In this document: positions 45,033 to 52,751 of the stretch, one piece after another | How positions within the stretch are numbered: the stretch's first letter is position 1 | Layout: each line of letters starts with the position of its first letter | DNA from: Patescibacteria group bacterium | Lineage (GTDB): Bacteria; Patescibacteriota; Minisyncoccia; Phycocordibacterales; Phycocordibacteraceae | Direction: 5' to 3' | NCBI GenBank assembly: GCA_018971045.1 | Contig: JAGWVF010000007.1 | Span: 1-56,122, forward strand | Length of the DNA: 56,122 bases | Notes under the pieces: generated by a model | The model's database searches: none | Told to the model about the DNA's origin: nothing | The model's input: only the letters and a program-made list of their open reading frames with translations | Made by a program: the position numbers and the translations under genes

Positions 45033-45134
45033 GCAACAGCCCTGTGTGCACGCTCTAGGAGTCGAACCTAGGACCGCTCGAGTATCAGTCGAGTGCTCTA
45101 CCAACTGAGCTAAGCGTGCACACAGGGCTGTTGC
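45033..45134. repeat. 14-bp perfect inverted repeat bracketing tRNA-Ile
   Basis: 45033-45046 (gcaacagccctgtg) is the exact reverse complement of 45121-45134 (cacagggctgttgc). It extends the acceptor helix into a long precursor stem. Confidence 0.8.
45047..45119 (-). tRNA. trnI: tRNA-Ile (anticodon GAU)
   Basis: 73 nt, folded by hand as GCACGCT-TA-GCTC-AGTTGGTA-GAGC-A-CTCGA-CTGATAC-TCGAG-CGGTC-CTAGG-TTCGACT-CCTAG-AGCGTGC-A. All stems are Watson-Crick. CCA is not encoded. Confidence 0.92.
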
Positions 45135-45165
45135 GCTATGAGGATAGTATCAAAAATCGTATAAA

Positions 45166-45196
45166 ACACAAAACGCCCTTCTCGAGCGTTTTGTGT
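45166..45196 (-). terminator. Terminator-like hairpin between 16S and tRNA-Ile
   Basis: The minus strand reads ACACAAAACGC-TCGAGAAGG-GCGTTTTGTGT followed by TTTATACGATTTTTG. TGATACTAT (extended -10-like) follows at 45144-45152. Confidence 0.4.
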
Positions 45197-45202
45197 TGAT
45201 GT

Positions 45203-45237
45203 TGAAAAGATGTGAGATGCCTTTTGTTCCGCCTATT
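45203..45237 (-). other. 3' arm of the pre-16S processing helix
   Basis: Complementary to 46855-46889: 17 bp perfect, a 6x6 internal loop, then 12 bp perfect. Confidence 0.75.
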
Positions 45238-45386
45238 CCGTTCCGGTTGAGAACTCATATGCGGTTCTCAACCGTCATCGGGTTACGTTATCCGACTTCC
45301 GAGTACCGTTTCGAGACGAGTACCATCTCTCATCATTCTCGCGAATGATATCGACATGATGCGCCTTTCGGGCGACATCGGTTCCA

Positions 45387-46854
45387 ATTGGATATGTTCC
45401 ACGAACAGCTTCCGCTACCCGTGCCTTGTTACGACTTAGTCCTTGTCACTGAATTTGCCGTAGTCCTGCGCGAGGCAGACCTTCGGGCACCCCCAGCTCC
45501 CTTGACTTGACGGGCGGTGAGTACAAGACTCGAGAACGTATTCACCGCAGTTTAGCTGACCTGCGATTACTAGCAATTCCGGCTTCATGAGGTCGGTTGC
45601 AGACCTCAATCCGTACTGGGGGCGGTTTTATAAGGATTAGCTCCAGCTTACGCTCTTGCAACCCGTTGTACCGCCCATTGTATTATGCGTGCAGCCCAAG
45701 GTATCAGAGGGACATGCTGATCTGGCGTCATCCCCACCTTCCTCTCCCGTGAGGGAGCAGTCTCGCCTGGCCGTAAAGGCAACAGACAACGGGGGTTGCG
45801 TTCGTTACCCCACTGAAGGGAACAGTTCAAACCACGAACTGACGACGACCATGCATCACCTGTGCTACACCCTCGAAGGCTTCTTATCTTTCGACAAGAA
45901 TGCAGTAGCATTTCTAACCTTGGTAAGGTTCTTCGTTTATCGACGAATTAAGCCGCATAATCCACTGCTTGTGCGAGTCCCCGTCTATTCCTTTGAGTTT
46001 TAATCTTGCGATCGTACTACCCAGGCGGCTCGCTTACCGCGTTAGCTTAGCCTCACAGAGGGTCGATACTCCGTAAAGCGAGCGAGCAACGTTGAGGGCC
46101 AGGACTACGGGGGTATCTAATCCCCTTCGCTACCCTGGCTTTCGTGTTTGAGCGTCAGGAACGTACCAGTGCACTGCCTTCGCCTTTGGTGTTCCCCATG
46201 ATATCAACGGATTTCACCCCTCCACCATGAGTTCCGTGCACCTCTTACGCCCTCGAGCGCTACCGTTTCCCTCGCCGGCCGCAGGTTGAGCCCACGGATT
46301 TAACGAGAGACTAATAGCGCCGCCTAGACACCCTTTACGCCCAGTGATTCCGGGTAATGCTTGGGGCCTCTGTATTACCGCTCCTGCTGGCACAGAGTTA
46401 GGAGCCCCTTATTCATCGGGTACCGTCAATAAACTTCGTCCCCGATAAAAGACTTTTACGTGCCGAAGCACTTCATCAATCACGCGGCGTCGCTCCGTCA
46501 GACTTTCGTCCATTGCGGAATATTCTCGTCTGCAGCCTCCCGTAGGAGTATGGACCGTGTCGCAGTTCCATCGGTGGGGGTCAGCCTCTCAGCTCCCCTA
46601 AGCGTCGTAGCCTTGGTAGGCCGTTACCCTACCAACTAGCTGATACTACGCAGGCCGCTCCCGAAGCGAAAAACCTTTACCCTTGCGGGACCATCGGGAA
46701 TTACCCATCCTTTCGGATGGCTATGCCCGACTTCGGGGGACGTACCTACGTGTTACTACCTCGTCTGCCGGTTGCCCTTGCGGGCCCCCTTGACTTGCAT
46801 GACTTATCCACGCCGCCAGCATTCACCCTGAGCTAGGATCAAACTCTCATTAAG
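45387..46854 (-). rRNA. rrs: 16S ribosomal RNA, about 1.47 kb, no large insertions
   Basis: The 5' end reads GAGTTTGATCCTAGCTCAG. Internal landmarks are ACTCCTACGGGAGGCTGCAG, GTGCCAGCAGGAGCGGTAATAC, GGATTAGATACCCC and TGTACTCACCGCCCGTCA. The 3' end reads AAGTCGTAACAAGG...GGAAGCTGTTCGTGGAACATATCCAAT. Ends are approximate, within about 5 nt. Confidence 0.95.
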
Positions 46855-46889
46855 AATAGGCGGAACAAAAGAATTCACACATCTTTTCA
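46855..46889 (-). other. 5' arm of the pre-16S processing helix
   Basis: aataggcggaacaaaag...acatcttttca is the reverse complement of 45203-45237. It is immediately adjacent to the mature 5' end. Confidence 0.75.
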
Positions 46890-46976
46890 GCCGGCACTTC
46901 CGTGCCGGCCATTCACGTATATGAATTGTCAAAGGTCAACTAAAACGCCATTCCGCCACAGCGGAACAGTAAAACC

Positions 46977-47005
46977 ATAGTATAGGAGACGCATTGGAGA
47001 GTCAA
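46977..47005 (-). promoter_or_regulatory. Candidate rRNA promoter
   Basis: The minus strand reads TTGACT-17 nt-TACTAT, about 120 nt upstream of the 16S 5' end and just downstream of a strong terminator. Confidence 0.55.
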
Positions 47006-47025
47006 TAGGCCCAGTCGACCAGAAA

Positions 47026-47062
47026 GCAGAGCCGCCCCTTGGGGTATAAGGGGCGGCTCTGC
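47026..47062 (-). terminator. Rho-independent terminator
   Basis: GCAGAGCCGCCCCTT-ATACCCC-AAGGGGCGGCTCTGC (15-bp stem) followed by TTTCTGG, 20 nt after the stop of the 47082-47765 gene. Confidence 0.75.
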
Positions 47063-47081
47063 CGAAACAAGCTTTAAAGCG

Positions 47082-47765
47082 CTAGCCCTTAAACTCCGAC
47101 TGGAGACGCTCGAGGTAGCGCGCGGCGGCGGTCTGACCTCCGAGACCGAAAGAGAGCCCGACGGCGAGCGATACAGCAATAACAACGCCCGTGAAAAGTG
47201 TCTGAACGAACGCCGTGGCGACATTGAGCTGAGCGAGTGCGGCGAGAAGTGCGAATACCCAGATCGAATAGCGCGCGACCTTGCCCAGGAATCCTGCGGC
47301 GTGGAGCGATGCCGCCCGCGCGGATCCGGCCACGACGCGCTCCGCCGCTTCAGCGACAACTGCGGCGACGAAGAGGATCAGCACCGCCACGATCACCTGC
47401 GGGAGATATCCGAGCACTACATCGCTGATAAAGAGATTCACTGTCGTAAGGTGGAGTACGTCAAGCGAAGCGACCAAGAAGACGATGATGAAGAACCACT
47501 CGACGAGAAGACCGAGAAACTTTCCCGACGAGAGCTGGAAGCCCGCACGAGTGAGGATGCGCTCGAGGCCGGCAGAACGCAACGCATGATCAACTCTCAG
47601 GGAGTCGACGATCTGCTTCACGACGCGGCCGAGCCCGACGCCCACGAGCCAGCCTACGATGAAGATGACGATCGCGACCACCAGATTAGGAATAAACGCC
47701 ACCAGTCCGTAGAACAGATTCTGGAAAGATTGGCTGAGTACATCCGCCCAAGTAGTGAAAACCAT
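47082..47765 (-). CDS. TM-helix-repeat membrane protein (CmpX / mechanosensitive-channel-associated family)
   Basis: 227 aa with repeated helix-loop units and the conserved N-terminal pattern SFQNLFYGLVAFIPNLVVAIVIFIVGWLVG. Confidence 0.75.
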   Translation of the reverse strand: MVFTTWADVLSQSFQNLFYGLVAFIPNLVVAIVIFIVGWLVGVGLGRVVKQIVDSLRVDHALRSAGLERILTRAGFQLSSGKFLGLLVEWFFIIVFLVASLDVLHLTTVNLFISDVVLGYLPQVIVAVLILFVAAVVAEAAERVVAGSARAASLHAAGFLGKVARYSIWVFALLAALAQLNVATAFVQTLFTGVVIAVSLAVGLSFGLGGQTAAARYLERLQSEFKG

Positions 47766-47840
47766 ATAAATAACGCTGTGTTTATGTGATTAATAGCTCG
47801 CCACCGTCTGACGCGAGCTCCTTTATTAATTGTAACATTT

Positions 47841-48410
47841 TTAAAGCCCTATTTTATCGATCAAGAGACGGTGTGGATAGTCGAAAACGTCCCGGAGGAG
47901 GCGGTCGTAGATGCCGAGGCGGTAACGGAAATCAGGGGTCGCGAAGGTGGCGTAACGGATCTCTCGTCCGAGCTCGGCCTCGAGCGAGTGGACCGCGTTC
48001 GCGAGCGATCGCTCGTCGAGAGCGTCGCCGACAACCAGAAGATCGATCTGGGCCTGCTGAACGCCGGTGAAGAGTCCGGAGAGCGCGATGAGCCGCGGCG
48101 GACCCGCCTTCTTCAGTATATCGACCATGTTTTTGGGACGGATGCTGGTCGTTTCGCGGATGAAGGTGTCCAGTTCGGCGAGATGCTCGAACCGCGAATT
48201 CGTCTGGTAGCGCGGCGGCGTCTGCCCTCTCTTCTTGCGTATCAATCCCGCGGCCGCAAGTTCAATGAGTTCGCGGCGCACGACTTCCTTACTGAGTTTT
48301 GTCCGCAGAGCTACCTCGGCGACTGTCAGAGCAACATCCTTATTGAACATGAAGAGCCGGAGGGTCTTGATGCGGGCGCCTGAGCCGAAAAGCTTCGCGA
48401 GAAGTTCCAT
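47841..48410 (-). CDS. Winged-helix (ArsR-like) domain fused to a minimal nucleotidyltransferase-like domain
   Basis: 189 aa. ARIKTLRLFMFNKDVALTVAEVALRTKLSKEVVRRELIELAAAGLI is the wHTH part. LSGLFTGVQQAQIDLLVVGD resembles the GxxxG...DxDLLVV MNT motif. Confidence 0.7.
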   Translation of the reverse strand: MELLAKLFGSGARIKTLRLFMFNKDVALTVAEVALRTKLSKEVVRRELIELAAAGLIRKKRGQTPPRYQTNSRFEHLAELDTFIRETTSIRPKNMVDILKKAGPPRLIALSGLFTGVQQAQIDLLVVGDALDERSLANAVHSLEAELGREIRYATFATPDFRYRLGIYDRLLRDVFDYPHRLLIDKIGL

Positions 48411-48446
48411 AATGCCGCCAGTGTACGGGCTATCAAAAGAAAACGC

Positions 48447-48483
48447 AAAAAACGCGCCCCGCCACTTGCGGGACGCGTTTTTT
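48447..48483 (-). terminator. Rho-independent terminator after rplL
   Basis: AAAAAACGCG(T)CCCGC-AAGTG-GCGGGGCGCGTTTTTT on the minus strand. Confidence 0.7.
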
Positions 48484-48495
48484 GTTGTCTTAGTA

Positions 48496-48957
48496 TTACT
48501 TCAACGTAACCTTCGCGCCTGCATCCGTGAGCTTCTTGGCGAGCTCGGCGGCGTCCTCTTTCTTCATGCCTGTCTTCAGCATCGACGGCACGCCGTCAAC
48601 GAGATCCTTGGCCTCCTTGAGGCCGAGCGCGAGAGCCTCCTTCACCACCTTGATGACGGCGATCTTGCTCGCGCCCGCATCGGTCAGCTCGACGTCAGCC
48701 GTCGACTTTCCTTCCTCTTCTGCGGCGGGGCCGGCGGCGGGGCCGGCGACCGCGACTGCCGCCGCGGAGACGCCGAACTTCTTCTCAAGCACCTTCACGA
48801 GCTCCGAGAGATCGAGAACGGTCATCGTCTCAATCTCCTCAACGAGCTTCTTGAATTTCGAAGGCACCTCGACAGCTTCTGCCGGAGCTTCGACAACCGG
48901 AGCCGCAGAGGGCGCCGCCGTCTCTTCGTCTGGAGTAGTCACTTTTTGTTCATCCAT
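48496..48957 (-). CDS. rplL: 50S ribosomal protein L7/L12
   Basis: [25 protein letters not shown]...AKVTLK. The ATG at 48957 gives an unusual 32-aa acidic/Pro/Ala N-terminal extension. An in-frame GTG at 48867 would give a canonical-length protein. Confidence 0.93.
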   Translation of the reverse strand: MDEQKVTTPDEETAAPSAAPVVEAPAEAVEVPSKFKKLVEEIETMTVLDLSELVKVLEKKFGVSAAAVAVAGPAAGPAAEEEGKSTADVELTDAGASKIAVIKVVKEALALGLKEAKDLVDGVPSMLKTGMKKEDAAELAKKLTDAGAKVTLK

Positions 48958-48969
48958 AAATAAAGTTAA

Positions 48970-49464
48970 TTATGCTTTCTTTTCTCGAATCTTGTCGAGC
49001 GCGATTACGAAACCCTGTATCGGGCTGTTAATCACGTTCACGAACATTCCCCGCAATACTGGTACGGGCGGAATAGTCGCGACGGCCGTCGCGCTCTTCG
49101 CGTCTTGGAAGGCGCCTTCAAACACGCCGCCAAGGAGCGCGAGCGCTCCCTTCAGCTTCTTGCCGAAGTCGTACACGCTTCGCGCGGGCGCTGTGGTGTC
49201 CTCGCCGACGGTCCACGCCACCGCCACCTCGCCCGGGAGGTCCGGCATGTCGCCCGCGTACCCGCGATCGGTTAAAGCGCGGCGAATGAGCGTCTTCTTC
49301 GCGACATAATACTTCACGCCCTTCAGCGAGAGATCGCTCCGCAGTGCGGAAGCGTCCTTCACCGAGAGTTTCGAGAATCCGACAAACGCCACCGAGCTCG
49401 CCTCGGCAAGCGCGTTCGTGAGTTTCGTGACGATGTCACGCTTTTTATTCTTGGTAATTGCCAT
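48970..49464 (-). CDS. rplJ: 50S ribosomal protein L10
   Basis: 164 aa. The family pattern KRDIVTKLTNALAEASSVAFVGFSKLSVKDASALRSDL is present. Confidence 0.95.
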   Translation of the reverse strand: MAITKNKKRDIVTKLTNALAEASSVAFVGFSKLSVKDASALRSDLSLKGVKYYVAKKTLIRRALTDRGYAGDMPDLPGEVAVAWTVGEDTTAPARSVYDFGKKLKGALALLGGVFEGAFQDAKSATAVATIPPVPVLRGMFVNVINSPIQGFVIALDKIREKKA

Positions 49465-49615
49465 AGTGTTCGTACGAACGAACTAAAAGGAGAAATCGAC
49501 CAATTCGGTCTCCCTGCGCAGGAATTACAATCGTCCTTCGATAAGCTCCGGATTCTCGACCCGCGGTCTTCGGTTCGTACCGAGATACTCTACCAGAGCC
49601 GGAAGAAATTGTACA

Positions 49616-49771
49616 TCACGGCAGGGCGGCGCTCGCCACGCGCAGAGTGAGAAGCGCTATCGCGATGATGGCGGCGAATCCCGCAGAAAATTTCACAAAT
49701 TCGATGAAAAAAGGCAGGAGACGGCGTTCCGTCCTGCGGCGGCCGGCGGCGTTATTTCGTCGATTGTTCAT
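49616..49771 (-). CDS. Candidate 51-aa single-TM protein (basic N-terminus plus one helix)
   Basis: MNNRRNNAAGRRRTERRLLPFFIEFVKFSAGFAAIIAIALLTLRVASAALP. It overlaps the upstream stop by 20 nt. No family motif is recognised. Confidence 0.3.
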   Translation of the reverse strand: MNNRRNNAAGRRRTERRLLPFFIEFVKFSAGFAAIIAIALLTLRVASAALP

Positions 49772-51839
49772 AGGCCTGTATTTTATCGAGATCGGCCGTA
49801 AGCGCGGCGTTCGTCGGATCGAAGACGAGCGCTTCTTTGAGGAAGAATGCGGCATCCGGCAGATCGAGAACGCTCTCGTAATATTCCACCGCCCGCATCG
49901 CCGTCTCGAGATCGATCCTCGCGTAGTCGGCCTTCCCCTTCATCGCTTCGGCGGCGGCGCCCGCCTTGTCGCCTGAGGCGAGCATGAGCTGTGCGAGGAC
50001 GAAGTGCGGCATCGCGAGCGTCGGCACCGTCGCGATATAGCGCCTCATGATATCTTCGGCGGCGGCGTAGCCCGCTAACCGTTCGGCCGATTTGGCCGGA
50101 TACTGATTCGCATTGCTAATCGAGAGATTAACGAGGATATACCACGGCTGAGCGCGCTTCGGGGAGAGCCGGATCGCGCGTTCGATCGCGCCCGCGAGCA
50201 GATCGCGATCAATCATCACCTCTTTCGGCGCGATCGAGAGTATCTGCGCGAGATAGAGCGCCGTGCGGGCGTCATAGGTGTACCGATTAAAATTCGCCGT
50301 CAGAATAGACAATGCCGCCTGATACGCGGTAACGCGCGCTTGCCCGCTCAGCGCGCGGACTTGGGTATTCGCGTACATATCGTACGCTTCGTATCCGTAC
50401 TCGAGATCGCCATAGGTCCCGAGCGCGAATCCGTGCGAGAGAAAGCTCGTCTCTTGAGGCACGTCGGAAAGCTGATAGAGATACGCGTGCGCCAGGTCAT
50501 ATGCGGCGCGCGCCGGCAAAATGGAAGTCGCATAGATGCATCCGATAAGAAGAATGCCGGCAATCCACGAAGCCGGACGCATCCAATCCGGCAGGGGGAG
50601 CGCCTCTCTCTCCGCAGTCGGCAACGATGCGCCGATGAGCGCGGCAAGAAGAGCGAGAAGGAGCCAGAACGACGATATCGTATCAAAGACGAACATATTC
50701 TGAATCGCATAGGTGCCCGCGAGGAGTCCGGCGAAAAGCGCGATGCGCCGCTCCCCCTGCCGCCAGAGCCGCCCCGCCGTCGTAAAAAACGCGATGATGA
50801 GCCCGAGATAGAGGAGGAGCCCGCCAATGCCGTATTGCGCCGCGTAATCGAGGAACGCGTTGTGCGAACGGTCGAACCATTGCTCAGAGATCTGCGTCGG
50901 ATCGTAAAAGCGATTGAAAAGCGCGTCGATATGCTCGGCCCCGACGCCCGTCCACGGACTCTTCATGATCTCGCCGGTCATATGCTTCCAGACGAAAAGG
51001 CGGTTGGCGATGTCCGGGTCCGAGAAGCTCGCCGAGGCGATGCGCGCGACGGGTCCGAAAGGAACCCGCGCGAGCTCTCCGCGAAAGGCGGCAAAGAGCG
51101 CGCCGAGCACGCAGAGCGCGATAAGCGATCCGGCCGCCCGCGCGCGCCACTTCTCTCTTCCGGCATACGCGGCGTACGCTAGATACGAGACGCCGGCGGC
51201 AAGAAGCGCGAGCATCGTGCCGCGCGTAGCGGTGAGCAGGATCGCGATGATCTGGAGGATCGCGCCGGCTACGATAGCGCGCCGCCGCCACCCGCCCTCC
51301 GGCGCCGTCATAAGAGTCGCGAAGAATCCGATGCCGAGATACCCGGCAAAGAATGCGGCATTCCCCAAGAGTCCTCCGATGCGGCCGCCTCCGAGAAGCC
51401 ACTCGCCGATACCGAAAGCCGCCACAAAACTCGCCGTCACGGCGACCGCGCGGAGCAGGCGGGTAAAGAATGTCCGATCGGCGGCAAGCAGGATCATATA
51501 GAAGCTCGCGACCGCGCAGGTGAGCATGAGAAGGCCGTCGCCGCGTATGAAGAGACTCCAGAAACTGCGATAGAAGTCGATGCCGACGGCGCTCGTCGCA
51601 TACGCAAGCGAAAGAAGCGCCGCCGGAATCCATGATTCCGGGCGAGCGAGACGCGCGAAGTAGAACGGCCGGCCATGCACAGAGAGAATAACGAACGCCG
51701 CGAAGGCGCTCAGGCTGAGCGCGTAGAAGAGGAGCGTCTTCGGAACCAAATACGGATAGATCATCCCGTTCCAGACGATGACGGGCAGGACGGCCGGGGC
51801 GAGCAGGAGCCACGGGAAGGCGCGCTCGAGATATCTCAT
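49752..51839 (-). CDS. Second Wzy_C (O-antigen ligase / PglL-like) polytopic protein with a C-terminal TPR domain
   Basis: The start is taken at MRYLERAFPWLL (ATGA overlap with the upstream stop at 51836-51839). The ORF track start is 51962. LTATRGTMLALL...GVGAEHIDALF...WFDRSHNAFLDYAAQYGIGG. It is a paralogue of 10784-12952. Confidence 0.85.
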   Translation of the reverse strand: MRYLERAFPWLLLAPAVLPVIVWNGMIYPYLVPKTLLFYALSLSAFAAFVILSVHGRPFYFARLARPESWIPAALLSLAYATSAVGIDFYRSFWSLFIRGDGLLMLTCAVASFYMILLAADRTFFTRLLRAVAVTASFVAAFGIGEWLLGGGRIGGLLGNAAFFAGYLGIGFFATLMTAPEGGWRRRAIVAGAILQIIAILLTATRGTMLALLAAGVSYLAYAAYAGREKWRARAAGSLIALCVLGALFAAFRGELARVPFGPVARIASASFSDPDIANRLFVWKHMTGEIMKSPWTGVGAEHIDALFNRFYDPTQISEQWFDRSHNAFLDYAAQYGIGGLLLYLGLIIAFFTTAGRLWRQGERRIALFAGLLAGTYAIQNMFVFDTISSFWLLLALLAALIGASLPTAEREALPLPDWMRPASWIAGILLIGCIYATSILPARAAYDLAHAYLYQLSDVPQETSFLSHGFALGTYGDLEYGYEAYDMYANTQVRALSGQARVTAYQAALSILTANFNRYTYDARTALYLAQILSIAPKEVMIDRDLLAGAIERAIRLSPKRAQPWYILVNLSISNANQYPAKSAERLAGYAAAEDIMRRYIATVPTLAMPHFVLAQLMLASGDKAGAAAEAMKGKADYARIDLETAMRAVEYYESVLDLPDAAFFLKEALVFDPTNAALTADLDKIQAYEQSTK

Positions 51840-52636
51840 AGTTTCGCCTGCAGACGGGCTATTTCCGCATCGATCGCGGAAGTATCGCGTCCGGGAGAGA
51901 GAAGCTTGGCTTGTTGCCATGCTTGGATCGCGTCCGTGTAGTTCCTTTCGTCCGTGAGCCATTCGGCCTTGATCGCGAGCACCTCTGCGATGTCGCCAAA
52001 TTGTTTTTCAGCATCTGAAAGCGCCGCGAACATGAGCGTGTCATCAGAACCGAAGTGATCCTTCAGATATCTCAGCCGCTCGAGATGGTACTCGAGCGTT
52101 CCCGGCTCGACCGCGACTGTCTTCGCATAGCCCGCAAGGGCGGTATGCGCGGCGCCGAGCTCGTCAAAGAGATGCGCGAGGTTCGCGTAGGCGAGCCCTT
52201 TGTTCGGATGAATGGCTGTCGCCCGGTTGTAATATCGGTACGCGGTTCTTCCGTCCCCGATTAACTCCGCGTCATTCCCCATCCCGACATAGAGGTCGTA
52301 ATCGTCGTAAGTTCCAGAGCCGAGCATATTCGCGAGGCGCGCGCTGTCGGCTCTCGACTTCTCGATGAGCGCCGCGTTTCCGGCGGCGTCGCCCGTGAAG
52401 GTCCACGACGAGATCTTGTCGGCAGGATCAATCGGAAATGGCTTTATCGTTGAAAGCGCGCCCGCCGGAGTGGCCGGTGCCACAGGCGTGGTCGTGCTCT
52501 CTCTGGCCGCTGAGAGGGCGGTGGAGGTCGCGGATGAGCTTGGAACGGTGATTTGCGGACGGGAAAATAGCCAGGCGATGAGCGCCGTCGCGACCACGAC
52601 TCCTACCGCCGCCCACTGTTTCGCCGTAATCCGCAT
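51836..52636 (-). CDS. Membrane-anchored TPR-repeat protein
   Basis: 266 aa. N-terminal anchor WAAVGVVVATALIAWLF, a Ser/Thr-rich linker, then TPR-like repeats (AYRYYNRATAIHPNKGLAYANLAHLF...). Confidence 0.8.
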   Translation of the reverse strand: MRITAKQWAAVGVVVATALIAWLFSRPQITVPSSSATSTALSAARESTTTPVAPATPAGALSTIKPFPIDPADKISSWTFTGDAAGNAALIEKSRADSARLANMLGSGTYDDYDLYVGMGNDAELIGDGRTAYRYYNRATAIHPNKGLAYANLAHLFDELGAAHTALAGYAKTVAVEPGTLEYHLERLRYLKDHFGSDDTLMFAALSDAEKQFGDIAEVLAIKAEWLTDERNYTDAIQAWQQAKLLSPGRDTSAIDAEIARLQAKL

Positions 52637-52662
52637 AGGTAAAGAGACTATAGCATATACGC

Positions 52663-52692
52663 AAAAAGCCCCCTCAAGAGAGGGGGCTTTTT
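52663..52692 (-). terminator. Rho-independent terminator, symmetric
   Basis: AAAAAGCCCCCT-CTCTTG-AGGGGGCTTTTT, 60 nt after the stop of the giant surface protein gene. Confidence 0.8.
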
Positions 52693-52751
52693 GTTCTGCT
52701 AGGCCGATTCCCTAGCTGGCAGTTCCTTTCAGGAACTCACTCGAGGGTCAA

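Noticed and set aside
45648-46003. 87-aa and 115-aa ORFs
   Set aside because: They lie entirely inside the 16S rRNA gene.
45387-46854. Intron or large insertion in the 16S gene, common in CPR
   Set aside because: The gene is about 1.47 kb, and all conserved landmarks are at normal spacing. No insertion is evident.
48867-48957. N-terminal 32-aa acidic extension of L7/L12 as a novel feature
   Set aside because: An in-frame GTG at 48867 would yield a canonical-length protein, so the extension may simply be a start-codon miscall. It is noted in the feature evidence instead.
50340-51813. 280-aa plus-strand and 309-aa minus-strand ORFs inside the second Wzy_C gene
   Set aside because: They are off-frame or antisense to a polytopic protein with clear Wzy_C motifs. 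Both are Arg/Pro/Gly-rich junk translations.
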